64,000 bases of DNA from Chrysomallon squamiferum (GCA_012295275.1 CM022668.1:3100001-3164000), one strand, 5' to 3'; counted from the stretch's first letter, positions 1 through 12,954 are shown. Notes: generated by a model from the sequence alone, not told the origin. Numbers and translations are program-made.

Positions 1-266
1 TGAAAGTTTGAACCAGCTCTGACATCGTTTATGTTGACAACAGCTTTCAATCAGAATTAAAAAACCCTAAAAAATCTGTAACGTGCAAAATATATAGAAT
101 TTAAAGTAAATAAATAAATAAATAAATAAAATCCAAGAACATTCCTTGATAAAACCTGATTACATTAGATATAAATTAATGGATTTTTACTTGATCAAAA
201 ATGAAAAGACAAACAAAACAAATATGTGGGAGCGGCTGTTGACTTCATTTCGCTTCTCTAAAAGAA

Positions 267-398
267 CCGGTGTAAAAGCTTACTTGTTCCCACGAATATC
301 TGTACCCCAGGAACAAATATTCAGTGAACAATATTTGTATGAAAACACGATCGAGGGGGAACGAATATTCGTGGGGAACAAATATTCTCTGACACCGG
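267..398. mobile_element. Short MITE-like element with ~42-bp imperfect terminal inverted repeats (CCGGTGT...ACACCGG)
   Basis: The left end CCGGTGTAAAAGCTTACTTGTTCCCACGAATATCTGTACCCC aligns with the reverse complement of the right end, CCGGTGTCAGAGAATATTTGTTCCCCACGAATATTCGTTCCCCC. Internal GAAC(A/G)AATATTC subrepeats. No coding capacity. Confidence 0.6.
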
Positions 399-709
399 CT
401 TGAATTACCATCAGAGTGACTATTTGACGACAGCTTTGTCTCATCGTTCGTGTGCAGTGGACCGTAGCAGCGGAGTTTCTGCTCCGTTATTGTTTTCATA
501 CGTGGAAGATTTTTTCCTGTCACATTCAGTTACAGTTTACTGGGAGACATTTAGCCTTGGACGCGACAGAAGCTCAACAAAGACCGATAGTCTGATGTAA
601 GTGAATAGGTAACATTTCTTTATATAAAATTTCATTATGTTACTGATAATTTATTTTGCTTTATTTTATTTTCTGTTGGAGGAAGGTAATACTAATACTA
701 ATACTAATT

Positions 710-779
<70 letters not shown>

Positions 780-1699
780 TACTACTACCACTAATAATAA
801 TAATAATAATAGTAATAATAATAATATGTAGTTGTTTTTATTGTTATTGTTACTACTATTCATATTATTATGTTCTTGTTTTTGTTATTATTATTATTAC
901 TGATGTTGTTGTTGCTGTTGTATTATTACAGTTATGATTATTAGTTGCAGTTATTCTGATGATGATTACTGCCTGTTGTTGTTGTTGGTGTTGTTATTAT
1001 TATTGTTCTTCTTCTTCTGCTGCTGTTGTTTTTGTAAAAGAGACGTTGATAAACTTACAGTTTCATCTCTCTTGAAGAAAACAATATCTGTTAATATCTG
1101 GTAATTTTCTTGTATTTAAATTTAGAAATTGTTAAATTTTAAAAATTTGTTAATATTTATTTGTAATTTTTAACATTGAAATAATTATTAACATCTAAAA
1201 TTATTTTAAATTTAAATAATCTCATACATTTGTTTTTCAAGCCGGTATATTTTAACTCGTTGTAACTTGAAGACTATTTCAAATTTAGCGACTAAAATAG
1301 ATTTTTCACTGGTAAGACTTTAATATTGACATAAGGTGTGTTTGAATATTCATATAAAAATTAAAGTTTATTTTCTTTTAAAACGATTGCTGTTATACTT
1401 TGGTCAATTTGAAGGTTTTGTATTTCCGTGTGTGAAATCTTTAAAAAAAAACAATTCACAAACATGATCCAGACAGATGCATGACAGCAATATCCGATTC
1501 TGAATCATATTCTATGGACACAGAGTCTATTTGCAAAACTTGAAACTGTTTATCTGTGACAAATAGCAGTTTTTGTTATCTCATTTGATACAGCAACGTG
1601 GATGGATATGAAGTTTATGAAAATATTGTGTAAAATTTGCGAAATTTAAGAAGAACTTGGTTTAATCATTTTTGGTGATGCTTAATAAACTACTGTGAA

Positions 1700-2240
1700 G
1701 TTCCACAAGCTGAGGTGAAGGATGCTTTTTTTTCTTTTCACTTCACACAGACCATTTGGAGGAAAGTGCAAGATCTAGGTCTTACTGTTCTGCCAACTGC
1801 CGACTGCGAAGTGCAAGATGCGTGGTTTGAAGCCACGGCTGACAGATCTGATGTTCCACATTAATCGGAGACATTAAATGATTCTCTGGTGTCTACATGA
1901 GTAGACAATGACGTCAGATTCCCTTTGATTTGTGGAACCATCATCTGACCACCTGCTCCAGAACAAACAATAATCTGCAGGTTTTCATTCGAGAATAAAC
2001 CGATCAGTTCAACTTCACCGTCCAAATACATACAAGTTTGTTCAGTTGATAAAAGGAATAGAAACATCAGAACGTGTTAAACTGAGACAGGTAAACTTTG
2101 GATCTGCCCCACCACGAAGAAAGAGAGTTTATAAACAGACAGAAAACAGACTCGTGAGACTGAAGGCACAGCTAACTCCTTGCCTGAAATCACCCATTCA
2201 GTTCTTAGATGCCTTTGGACATCTTTTCAAATTTGGATAA
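1700..2240 (+). mobile_element. Decayed Mutator-like (MULE) transposase fragment, C-terminal part
   Basis: Frameshifted but readable motifs: C-F-F-H-F-T-Q-T-I-W-R-K-V-Q-D-L-G-L (~1720-1783), LWNH...PRTNNNL..FHSRINR (~1930-2003) and HPNTYKFVQLIKGIETSER...PPRRKRVYK (to 2240). These match the CxxH and RTNNxxEGWH regions of animal MULE transposases. Confidence 0.75.
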
Positions 2241-2696
2241 AAATGCCTCAGATGTTAAAATCTATAAATAAATCTGATTTTATGTAGTTTTGTTCTGAGA
2301 TCTGTATTTAGTTGTATCAGAATATTCCATTGATTACTACAGGTATTATTCAAGGTACACGGCAGTTATGCTCTCAACCGTGTCTTGTGTGGTTTTAATG
2401 CGTGTGCGTTACGGGACGTCTGTGCTTTGTGAGGACGCCACCCTGAACACAAATGACTTGATCAACTGCGTGAACCGTTGCGTACATTGTTTTTCATAAT
2501 CATTATTGTATTATTGATCAAATTCTGATTACACTTTACACTGGAAAACAATTCTCAGTATGTTACCAGTTTGTCTAGTTAGTCAGAGGGAGGGGCAGGC
2601 AGCGCCCTAAAATGGACTCCTCCCCCGGGCATCCTGGTTTCTGTTTTCTATCTGTCTGTGTAAATATCTATATATATCTGGGTATCTCTGGCTGGT

Positions 2697-2829
<133 letters not shown>

Positions 2830-2923
2830 GTGTGTGTGTGTGTGGGGGGGTTAAAACAATAATCTCCATTAATTCTATGCAATTTTGTTTTTTTCAGAAT
2901 CTCACACGTTTGTTCACACAACG

Positions 2924-3587
2924 ATGACAACACAAGAAAATGTGAAAAACAAAACAAAGAAATTCGTCTTCTTTGTTTGTCTGTTTTGTGTCACGTACTT
3001 CGTCTGTTTCGCCTACCTGAATCGTTTACCTTATTTATATTTTTCTTCTTACAATTCCACGAATCTCAGACGTCAAGTTGTTCCAGATGTCCTCAAATGT
3101 ATGACGTCAGGAACGTGGAGAACGCGAAATCTGACGTCACAAGAGCAACGTGAAATTAATACATTTTACATAAATAGCAGAGATCATTTGCCGAGTGCCA
3201 CAGACTATCAAAGACCTGACTTGAAATGTGGAAATGTCACTTACACCGGAACTAGTTACAGGAAATGGTTTCGTGTCCTCTGCAATCCAGGAGGACGGAC
3301 GCCATGTTGTTTTAATAACAAATGTGTGAACAAAACCGTGGAAGAGTGCAGAGGACCTTCGAACTTTGACCTCAGGTCGCGTATTCATGCCGAGTATGCC
3401 ACCTGGGTTCCAAGTGACAAGAGATGTTCTGTGAAGTTCTTCGACTCTCAGTCTGGCTGCAGTGTGTTAGAAGGGTGGACCATCTACGTCATCGGCGACT
3501 CCTTAATGCGGCAGTTGTACACGGCGCTGTTGTTGATTTTGACTGGCAACTACAACACTGGTGCTTTCAAACCAAATACACCCCAAA
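2924..3587 (+). CDS. SGNH/PC-esterase-family (TBL/CASD1/NXPE-like) O-acyltransferase/esterase, coding exon 1
   Basis: Acceptor ttttcag ends at 2897, ATG at 2924. N-terminal signal anchor (FVFFVCLFCVTYFVCFAYL), Cys-rich module and IGDSLMRQ catalytic Ser motif. Phase-1 donor A|GTAGGT at 3587/3588. Confidence 0.85.
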
Positions 3588-3935
3588 GTAGGTGCTTTTA
3601 TATTGGTGGAGGAATACAAATCAGACATAAATAACAACAGTGAATAATGAAATCAAAATACAGTCAGTGAGTAGTGTTGAAGTAGAGCGAGCACACGTAC
3701 TTCTTTCAGAAGTAGTGTCGAATTTTAAAAAAAAAAATTTAATTAACACATTGCCCTTCTGCCCTGGCCATCTCATGCGAGGTATTAAAGTGTCCTTCTT
3801 TTTGATGAGGCCTGTCTAAAAATAAATTATATAAATTACTTTACTCAGCTGACAAAAATGTTCTTTTAGTTATTACCTGATCTATGAATGTTTGTGATGT
3901 CACTCCTATGTTGTCAGAGATGTTCCCAGCCAAAG

Positions 3936-3968
<33 letters not shown>

Positions 3969-4338
3969 ACAAGTTTTGGAAAAAAAAATATAAAGGAAAA
4001 AAGAAAAAAAAAATTTAGCCATTGCGAATGTCAATGCTAAATAGATTATTTCCTGTAGTTTGTGAAGTAACTTATTTTTTTCATTTTTGGGTCATATTTT
4101 TTTTTTTTTTTTTGGACAAATTATATTATAATAAAGAATAACAAGACAACATAATATAATACTATAAAAGATGATACTGAATGTTTTAATTTAACTAGAC
4201 CACTAGACATGTTTTTATCACACGGTGTAATGACAATAACAAATTGACTGATTTGACAAATCTGTTAGACAAAAGCGAACTGAGTCAATTTTATATGATC
4301 TTTTTATATATGCCTTTCTCTTTATCTCTCTGTCTATA

Positions 4339-4412
<74 letters not shown>

Positions 4413-4430
4413 CCCTCTCTCTCCCCTCTC

Positions 4431-4520
<90 letters not shown>

Positions 4521-4625
4521 CTTCATCTTTACATCCATTTTATTTACAGACACACACACACACACACTCACGCATTGAATCTATGCTAGCTCTGTCAAGA
4601 TTAATTAATTTTTTTTTTTTTTCAG

Positions 4626-5182
4626 AAATATTACAAGAATGTAGTGGAATGAATATTTTCCCACACAAAGGCTGCCGCGAATACATCGACTTTCAACCAA
4701 AACTCTGCAACGGCAACATCACCCTTCAGTTTAAACACTACGCGTCATCAGAATATAGCACCGCCCTGTATACCACGGCTCATCAACTCAAGTGGAAGAA
4801 AAAGTCGATGATGTTTGTTGGCGTTGGTTTATGGGACCACTACATTTACGACACTGTCGTCAGCAAATACGTGAACGTCATGCTAGAAGGTCTGCGAGGC
4901 AACTACAGCGAATGGCCAAAAGTTTTATGGTCATCAACGCACAGTCTCGGTATCTGGAGATACCCGTATGTGAAAACCATTGACAATGATCACGGTAAAG
5001 AGTTCAACGAGAAAATGGCTGCCTACTTACGTGTGTATGATATACCAGTGTTTGACACTTTCAACGTCACGGATGGAGTAATGAGCATAGACGGAACTCA
5101 CTTTGGAATGGGTGTAAACTTGCTGAAAGCTCAGATTTATCTTAATTACATGAAACAGTTGAAAGACAAGGATCGCTGGTGA
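4626..5182 (+). CDS. SGNH/PC-esterase-family protein, coding exon 2 (joined product 406 aa)
   Basis: Acceptor (T)n-CAG ends at 4625 and joins in phase 1 (A|AA = Lys). Contains GVGLWD and C-terminal DGTH (DxxH) motifs. Stop TGA ends at 5182. Confidence 0.85.
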
Positions 5183-5215
5183 TTGTGTTAATTATTTTAA
5201 AATTATATATATGCG

Positions 5216-5257
<42 letters not shown>

Positions 5258-5299
5258 CCTGTCATCCTGCCTGTCTCTCTGTCTGTATATGTATCTGAC

Positions 5300-5847
5300 T
5301 ATTCATCAGTCAATCAGTCGATCAATCAATCAGTCAGTCAGTCAGTACATCTATCAATCAGTCAATCATTCGATCAATCAATCAGTCAATCATTCGATCA
5401 ATCAATCAGTCAATCATTTGATCAATCAATCAGTCAATCAATGAATCAGTCAATCGGTCGATCAATCGATTAATCAGTCAGTCAGTCGATCGACCAATCA
5501 GTCAATCATTCGATCAATCAATTAGTCAATCAGTCGATCCATCAATCAATCAGTCAATCAGTCGATCCATCGATCAATCACTCAGTCATTCAGTCGATCA
5601 ATCAATCAGTCCATCAGTCGATCAATCAATCAGTCAGTCAGTCGATCGATATATCTGTCTGTCTATCTGCCTATGTATCTATCTATGTATCTATATGTCT
5701 GTCTCTCTGTCTGTCTGTCTATCTATCTATCTATGTATGTATCTATGTATGTATGTATGTATCTATCTATCTCTCTTTATCTATCTATCTGTCTGTCTGT
5801 CTATCTATCTCTCTATCTAACGATGTATATCTCTATCTATTATCTAC

Positions 5848-5905
<58 letters not shown>

Positions 5906-6034
5906 CTGTGTATCTATTTATCTCTGTATCTCTGTATCTATCTATCTGTCTGTCTATCTATGTATCTATGTATCTGTATATGTATGAATGTATGTATGTA
6001 TCTATCTACCTATCTATGTATCTATGTATCTATG

Positions 6035-6117
<83 letters not shown>

Positions 6118-6150
6118 TTATCTGTCTGTCTGTCTGTCTATCTATCTCTC
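5300..6150. repeat. Compound tetranucleotide microsatellite field (TCAA/TCAG/TCGA, then TCTA/TGTA)
   Basis: Directly visible. It produces the SINQ/YLSI pseudo-ORFs. Confidence 0.9.
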
Positions 6151-6184
6151 TGTCTCCATCAGCCTGCCTGCTTTTCTAGCTACC

Positions 6185-6440
6185 TGTCTACATACTTAGT
6201 TCTGTCTACGTATTTTGTTCTGTCTACATACGCTGTTCTGTCTACATACTCTGTTCTGTCTACATACGCTATTCTGTCTACATACTTTGTTCTGTCTACA
6301 TACGCTATTCTGTCTACATACTTTGTTCTGTCTACATACGCTATTCTGTCTACATACTTTGTTCTGTCTACATACGCTGTTCTGTCTACATACTTTGTTC
6401 TGTCTACATACGTTGTTCTGTCTACTTACTTTGTTCTGTC
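6185..6440. repeat. 18-bp minisatellite (TACTTTGTTCTGTCTACA), ~14 copies
   Basis: Direct tandem repeat; the ORF track shows 6-aa periodicity (FCLHTL). Confidence 0.9.
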
Positions 6441-7621
6441 AGTCTACGAACTTTGTTGTAACACACATGTGTGCTGACCTGTCTGTGAAGCTAACACTTA
6501 TGTATGTGTATGTTTTTATTTCTGTCTGTCTATATGTGTATGTGTATGTATATATGTGTGTGCGTATATATTTATATATAAAACGTATTTGTTTTTACAT
6601 GATTATGTAAAATCAATAGATATTTATCCATGTATCTATTGTTGTTGTTGCTGTTGTTGTTATTATTATTATTATTATTATTATTTTTATTATAGTTGCT
6701 ATTGTTATTATTATTATTATTATTATTTTTTTTTATATTATTTTTTTTATTATAATTGCTATTGTTATTATTATTATTATTATTATTGTTAGGATCTTTG
6801 AAATATTGTCCTGAAAGGATTTAAAAATATGCCAATGCCAATAAAAAGTGTGCCACAAACAACAAATGTGTGTGAGTGAATAAATGGTACAAACAACGTA
6901 TAAGTATGTCTTCAAACAACGTCGCCAGTGTCAAATCTATTTCTACACGTCACCCTATTTTACTTACTTTTGAATTATCTGTACAGATAGGTAGAGAGAC
7001 AGATAGACAGACAGACAGACAGTCAGACAGATAGACAGACAGACAGACATATAGACAGACAGACAGTCAGACAGATAGACAGACCGACAGTCAGATAGAT
7101 AGACAGACAGTCAGACAGATACACACACATACGTAAATATATAAGTACACATATGGACATATATATATATATATGCATGTATGTGTGTGTGTGTGTGTGT
7201 GTATATATATCGGTGTAGGTCACTTTTTTTACAGAACGTTTCGTTACATGAGTCTGCAAGTTCATTTTGTATCTGAGCGTTTTGTTACAAGCTTAAATTA
7301 CGTCAAATGTTAGCATTAATACTTACTCTGTTAAATAAGAAGTTATCCTTGCAAGATTCTATTCACTTGTTTTTAAAATCAAAAATATATAATGTGATAA
7401 ATCGAATCTTGTTCACAAACTAGGATGTATAAACCAAATGTATAAATATGAGAGTGAGAAAGGAATTCCACGTTTTTGATCGGCGAAACAGCGGTAAGGG
7501 AGACAACTCTTTTTTAAAATATGTATATTTTTGTTGTAGATACCAGCAGAGTTATTTCCCTGTCATCCTCCGCTTTTTCAATGATAGATAAAACCGCTGT
7601 AGGTTTGCATGGGGGAATAAG

Positions 7622-7660
<39 letters not shown>

Positions 7661-8152
7661 AAAGTAAAAGTAAATATTTTCGTTTGCTGACTTTGAAAAT
7701 GTACCATTGCGTATTTTTATGATTAAGTCTAATTTAGAGAATTCATTCCCAATAATAATATTTTAACTACAAAATACTTCTAATGGCCTAATTTAAACAA
7801 TAATGATTATGCAGCTTGTTCTAAAGCGTACGCAGGTACCTGCAAGTTAACATTCTTTATTTTCTTGGTAAATTTTTTGTTTCAGAATGAATTATTTACT
7901 TAAAGATATAAGCTATTTTTTTTTTTTTTGCATTGTTGAGTCCTGTTGACAAAAATAGATAAAGATTTTCAAACTTCATGAAGAGGGGCAAATCTTCAAG
8001 AGCATAAAAAAAATAAAATAAAAATAAAATAAAATAAATGAATAAATGAATAAATAAATAAATAAGATAATATAATGTAGAAAAAAGAAGAACAAAACCA
8101 AAACAGTGCGATTAAATAATAATAAAATATAAAATAAAATACAATAAAGAAC

Positions 8153-8217
<65 letters not shown>

Positions 8218-8223
8218 AACAAC

Positions 8224-8254
<31 letters not shown>

Positions 8255-8798
8255 TAATCCTTATCATCATAAAATTATAAAGTATAAAAAAGTAAATAAA
8301 CACCAGCTCACTAATCTTTAGATCTCGATCACCATTCACTGAATTCTGTCTGTGAATCAGTAACGAGAATCAACAGCCAGGAAAACTGATTCAAAGAAAA
8401 CAAAAAATAAAAAAAATCTCATCTAGAGATGTGAAAAGTCGGAGCAAAATAATTTCTGCTGAGAGAAAATCACTTCTTTGTTCAAGCATTTTATTTCCAA
8501 AATAAAGGACAAAAAAAAAAAAAAAAAAAAAAAAAAGAAAGGTCTCCAGTCATAGTGTGAGCAAGTGTTTGAGTGATCTTTCATTTCCAGGAGGGTTTGA
8601 ACGCGAGAACATCAACTGTCTGTTGAGAAAAGTGTTGATAAAGAGAAGAGTCTTCACCTCTGCGAGGACAAAGACTTTAATTTGTTTCGCGTTGTTTTCA
8701 GATGAGAGTCAGCGATGTTTCACAGGATTTGCTGAGGGAAGATGTTCTACAGCCAACAACAACGTCGGAATAGGTAGCATGACTGTGTTGGAACGTTT

Positions 8799-9140
8799 TA
8801 CATACTTTGTGCTCCTTGTCAACATACTGTGTTTTACTTGTCTACATACTTTGTTCTGTCTACCAGCTTTGTTCTACCTGTCTACCAGCTTTGTTGTACC
8901 TGTTTACCGACTTTGTTCTACCTGTCTATCTACTTTGTTCTACTTGTCTACCTACTTTGTTCTTCTTGTTCCCCTATTTTATTCTATCTGTCTACATACT
9001 GTGTTCTGTCAACATACTTTGTTCAGTCTACCAGCTTTGTTCTACTTGTCTACATACTTTGTTCTACCTGTGTACATACTGTCTACATACTGTGTTTTAC
9101 CTGTCTACATACTTTGTTCTGTCAACATACTTTGTTCAGT
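8799..9140. repeat. Degenerate 18-22-bp minisatellite related to 6185-6440 (TACTTTGTTCTACCTGTCTACA-like)
   Basis: Shares the CATACTTTGTTCT / TGTCTACA core with the upstream array. Confidence 0.8.
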
Positions 9141-9712
9141 CGTACGAAACAGACGTCAACGCTAGAGAGGACCTGTGAGAAATATTCAAGTTCGACAACT
9201 TTCAGGAGAAGAAAAATATTCAGTATTTGTTGCAGTTTATTGAAAAATGAAATTAACATATATAGTAAAGATATATACTAGTAATAAAGCATTGATTATT
9301 AAATTTTTAGTGTTAGTAAATATGTTTTTCTTTCATAATAAAATACAATAAAAATATTTTTGAATTGTGAGTGTACATACCTATATAAAAACATAAATAT
9401 TTACGAACATACGCACGCACACGCATCCCTTCATACATACGTACATAATTAAATACAACTCTACTCATATACACACACATACACATGTATTCATATACAC
9501 TTCTAAACACCTATTCATACACGCACAGACGCACACACACAGAGAAGCATACATACAGACACCCTCCTCCTCCGAGGATGGTAAATTTAATACTTTGCTA
9601 GTCATAATTATCGTATGGGAAAAAAAACTGTTATTATACACTGTCCAGTAACTTTTCTTCTTCTTCTTTCTCTTCTTCTCCTGCCTCGTCTTCTTCACTT
9701 TTTCTTCGCCTC

Positions 9713-9899
9713 TTACACAAGAACTGTCGGAATTAGTAGAACAAGCAGAACCGCCGTCGGTGCGGACGTGAGGCGAAGCTGGGCGGCAGTGAGGCAGCCG
9801 GGCGGCTGGGTGATCTCCTCCAAAGACTTGAACACGCGTCTCGAGTAAATATCGCAGTCTGGCATTTTCTTCAGGCACTTCACATTGACAATGTGGTCT
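9713..9899 (-). CDS. Cys-rich GPI-anchored-like surface protein, last coding exon
   Basis: Acceptor ttttccAG (9901-9900), phase 2 (AG|A = Arg). Encodes DHIVNVKCLKKMPDC...PPGC plus a small-residue spacer and a hydrophobic tail (AVLLVLLIPTVLV*) with no cytoplasmic segment. Confidence 0.75.
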
Positions 9900-9937
9900 C
9901 TGGAAAATACAACAATAACAATAATAATAAATAGTGA

Positions 9938-10031
<94 letters not shown>

Positions 10032-10169
10032 AGACAGTAGTATGATAAAGGCACGTCATTTGTGACGTCACTAAATGTCGACATTACGATTAGTCCCACT
10101 TTTTTCTAGAAGCGTTCGTTATTTATAATGTCATCATTAAGTAACAACAACAACAACAACAACAACAAC

Positions 10170-10204
<35 letters not shown>

Positions 10205-10340
10205 TAATAATTTACAACGTTAAAAAGAACTGCCAATATATTCATATGTATGTATGTGTGTGTGAGAGTATGTGTTTTTGTGTGTGTGTGTATATATATA
10301 TATGTGTGTGTGTGTGCGCGTGTGTGTGTGCTTGCTCTAC

Positions 10341-10452
10341 CTGCAGACAACAATATTTGGTGGTGCGTTTCGAGGTAGGAATCTGGATTTGAAATCTTCT
10401 CTGCAGACATCAACGTAGTCGTCGAGTCTGTTCAGACACCCCATGTCGACAC
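10341..10452 (-). CDS. Cys-rich surface protein, internal exon
   Basis: Acceptor ttttgaAG (10454-10453), phase 1; donor CAG|GTAGAG, phase 2. Encodes VDMGCLNRLDDYVDVCREDF...IVVC. Confidence 0.75.
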
Positions 10453-10498
10453 CTTCAAAACAACAGCGCATCAAGACAAAGTGGATTAAAATATATAC

Positions 10499-10529
<31 letters not shown>

Positions 10530-10919
10530 CGTAGTGTTTGTACGTGCGTGTGTTTATTTGTAGTGTACGTATTGTGTATACGTATGCATTTGTTATGTGG
10601 GTGCGTATGCCGTGCGTATATGCATGTGTGTGTATTGGCGTGTATGTGTGTGTGTGTGTTTCTGTAGACTGTATATGTATGTTTGTGTATGTGTGTGCAG
10701 AAATGTGTGTATTTGTATAAGGGTTTGTATATGTGTGTTTGCATGTAGCGTAAATACGTGTATGTGTATATGTGTGTATGTATAAGTATGTATATGTGTA
10801 TATGTATGTATATGTATATATATGTGTGTATATGTATATATGTATGTATGTGTATATGTATGTATGTGTGTGTATATGTATATATGTGTGTATGTATTTA
10901 TGTATGTGTGTGTATTTGT

Positions 10920-11372
10920 AAAGCTTAGTCTCAGTATTTTCACACATATACTTGTGTGTATGTGTAAAGCTTACTCTGAGTATTTTCACACATATACTTG
11001 TGTATGTGTTTACTCTCAGTTTTTCACTCTCATGTATTTTTTTCACACAAATACTTGTGTATGTGTATAAAGTATGTGTAAAGCTTACTCTCAGTATTTT
11101 CACACAAATACTTGTGTGTGTATAAAGCTTACTCTCAGTATTTTCACACAAATACTTGTGTGTGTGTAAAGCTTACTCTGAGTATTTTCACACAAATACT
11201 TGTGTGTGTATAAAGCTTACTCTCAGTATTTTCACACAAATACTTGTGTGTGTGTACATATATTTTCACACAAATACTTGTGTGTGTATAAAGCTTACTC
11301 TCAGTATTTTCACACATATACTTGTGTGTGTGTGTGTAAAAGCTTACTCTCAGTATTTTCACACAAATACTT
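10920..11372 (-). repeat. ~44-bp minisatellite (~9-10 copies) built from an exon 3' end plus its 5' splice site
   Basis: Minus-strand unit (AC)nAAGTATTTGTGTGAAAATACTGAGA|GTAAGCTTT. The outermost copy is the true end of exon 11348-11511. Confidence 0.9.
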
Positions 11373-11511
11373 GTTCGCATGCGACCACTGATCGGGCGTG
11401 GTGACGTAAGCATCCATTCTCTTTATTCCTTCCGCTGTACCCAGTATGTGCAGACATTTTCTACTCGTCCCCAGGACGCACCGCAAAGCTTTGTCAGCAT
11501 TTTGCCGATTG
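11348..11511 (-). CDS. Cys-rich surface protein, internal exon
   Basis: Acceptor gttgcAG (11513-11512), phase 2 (AG|C = Ser). Encodes NRQNADKALRCVLGTSRKC...KYLCENTE. Donor GA|GTAAGC, phase 1. Confidence 0.75.
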
Positions 11512-11587
11512 CTGCAACATAGACACGTGTACTGAGATACAAACATACACAAAAACACACACAGACACACGTACACACACACACACA

Positions 11588-11628
<41 letters not shown>

Positions 11629-11897
11629 TTAAACAAATACATACAACCAGCCAGTGCAAGGTTTTCAACAAAAAACATTAATAATAACGCAAATTTGACG
11701 AAAAAAACCCCGCAATATTTCGAGATAAGCTTTGATTACCCCATCGGTTGCTGAGCAACCAGTGCGTTCCTGAATACTGTCTACGTGCAGAGTCTAATCA
11801 TAGGACAGAGAATATTCATACCTAAATACATACATGTACCCAGATAAATACACACACACATACACACATACACACATACACACATTTTTCTGTTTAC

Positions 11898-12141
11898 CTG
11901 CACGTTATGTTAATGTTGTTTTTAACTTGTCGGAGGACGAACTCCAGCCACTGGAGAACTATCTGCACTGTCGGCTTCTCGGAGAAGAAGATGTCAGCTG
12001 ACGTGCCCAGAGGCGGATCACGTAGGGTGTAACCGCGCTGGGCCAGACACAGCTTCGTGAACCTCATGTACGCCGGTCCTTTCCTGCATGGAGTCGGTAA
12101 CACGTGTGTTAGTTCTGCAAACTCGCTGATCACAGACAGTC
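11898..12141 (-). CDS. Cys-rich surface protein, 5'-most identified exon (start/signal exon unresolved)
   Basis: Acceptor ttgcgttgcAG (12143-12142), phase 1. Encodes LSVISEFAELTHVLPTPCRKG...NITC. Donor CAG|GTAAAC, phase 2. All four exons join in frame (~235 aa). Confidence 0.7.
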
Positions 12142-12954
12142 CTGCAACGCAATAAACGAAACAGAGAAATAAAATAATGACGTCATAGAGCTTAGTTTCC
12201 TATTTGAATATTGCGTCATAGCCTTAATTGTGAGCCAGAAAAACAATGAAGTAATTGTGTGTAATTTGCGATGGTTTTGGCGAGGTTCTTAGCTTAATAT
12301 GCCGCCTCGAAGCTGCCTTGTTCCGACTTCTGAGAATTATCTTTCGGTATCCAGTATTCATCGTGTAAAAATTAAAATATTACAGCAAGAAATAGTTTGG
12401 ATTAATCTGAATAATGATGACCTATGATGACGTCCAAACAGGGGACATTCAAAATGTTCCAGACAGCGAAACTCCTAACATCATAAGCATCGCTTTTTGC
12501 CTTTTCCATCACGTCTGGTCGTGACGTAATGAAAGTGCTTATCCTATGCAATTAGAAATAGAGAATCTTGGAACTTAAACCTTCTAATTATATTATGATC
12601 TCAATCAAAACAACAACAACAACAACAACATTATTAAATTATGGGTGGAGACTTTTTCTTGCAGTAAAGTGGACTGATATTTTGTTTATATTTATTTATT
12701 ATAAATTACAAACAAAAGAAACTAAATAACAATATACATACCAATTACGCAGTGAAAAACTATCCAGTCCATGTTAAACCGATTTACCGGAAAGTCATGT
12801 GACGTCAAATTCCGTGACGCACAAACTTGTGACAAAGGAATAAATGTAGAACATTTCGACGATCTTCGTGGATCTTCGTAAATTTCCGATTCTCGCCCCG
12901 TTCGTGAATGCTCGATATCTTAGTTTTTCTGTTATTTATTTATTTATTTATTTC

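Noticed and set aside
8557-9281. Overlapping 120-200-aa ORFs and an acceptor-like site at ~8701
   Set aside because: Mostly minisatellite translation. The unique part gives no recognisable domain and no partner exon.
12420-12510. Candidate first coding exon of the Cys-rich gene (MEKAKSDAY...VII, phase 1)
   Set aside because: Weak donor (G|GTCATC) and not signal-peptide-like; the start is left unresolved.
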